NCBI RefSeq assembly: GCF_009914755.1
Contig: NC_060929.1
DNA length: 64,000 nt
DNA from: the human T2T-CHM13v2.0 reference genome, Homo sapiens
Direction: 5' to 3' (one strand)
A program made the translations under genes and the position numbers. This document shows positions 63,894 through 64,000 of this stretch, in pieces (positions within the stretch are counted from its first letter, which is position 1; the number at the start of each line of letters is the position of its first letter). The notes under the pieces were generated by a model that searched no databases, had not been told where the DNA came from, and saw only the letters and a program-made list of their open reading frames with translations.

Positions 63894-64000
63894 AAGCAGT
63901 CACAGAGTCCACTTCAAGGCGGCATTTAGTTATGATCTCCCACACAACCTACAGCAAGAAGATTTGTGAAAGAAGCCACGATAGCTACTGCAGCTGGACC

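Overview
Mammalian (human-like) genomic DNA carrying the 3' third of DOCK2, the haematopoietic Rac GEF, on the + strand. I traced 19 coding exons by hand (4303..59298). All have AG/GT boundaries and the frame is continuous. They total 2112 nt, or 703 aa plus stop, covering the DHR-2 GEF domain and the C-terminal tail. If the reference gene has 52 exons and 1830 aa (from recall), these are exons 34-52 and residues 1128-1830. The 3' UTR ends at an AATAAA at 59794. The rest is intron and 3' flank rich in MIR, L2, L1, Alu, MER and MaLR repeats, and most of the supplied ORFs are spurious. Notable items: a U12-type (minor spliceosome) intron inside the DHR-2 coding region; the intronic miR-378e hairpin, built from two head-to-head MIRs and cut by an L1 insertion; a near-consensus CTCF site; a local ~215 bp duplication inside the U12 intron; and a nested L1/THE1/Alu stack. 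I found no convincing previously undescribed system. Repeat family names are from recognition by eye, not from a RepeatMasker run.
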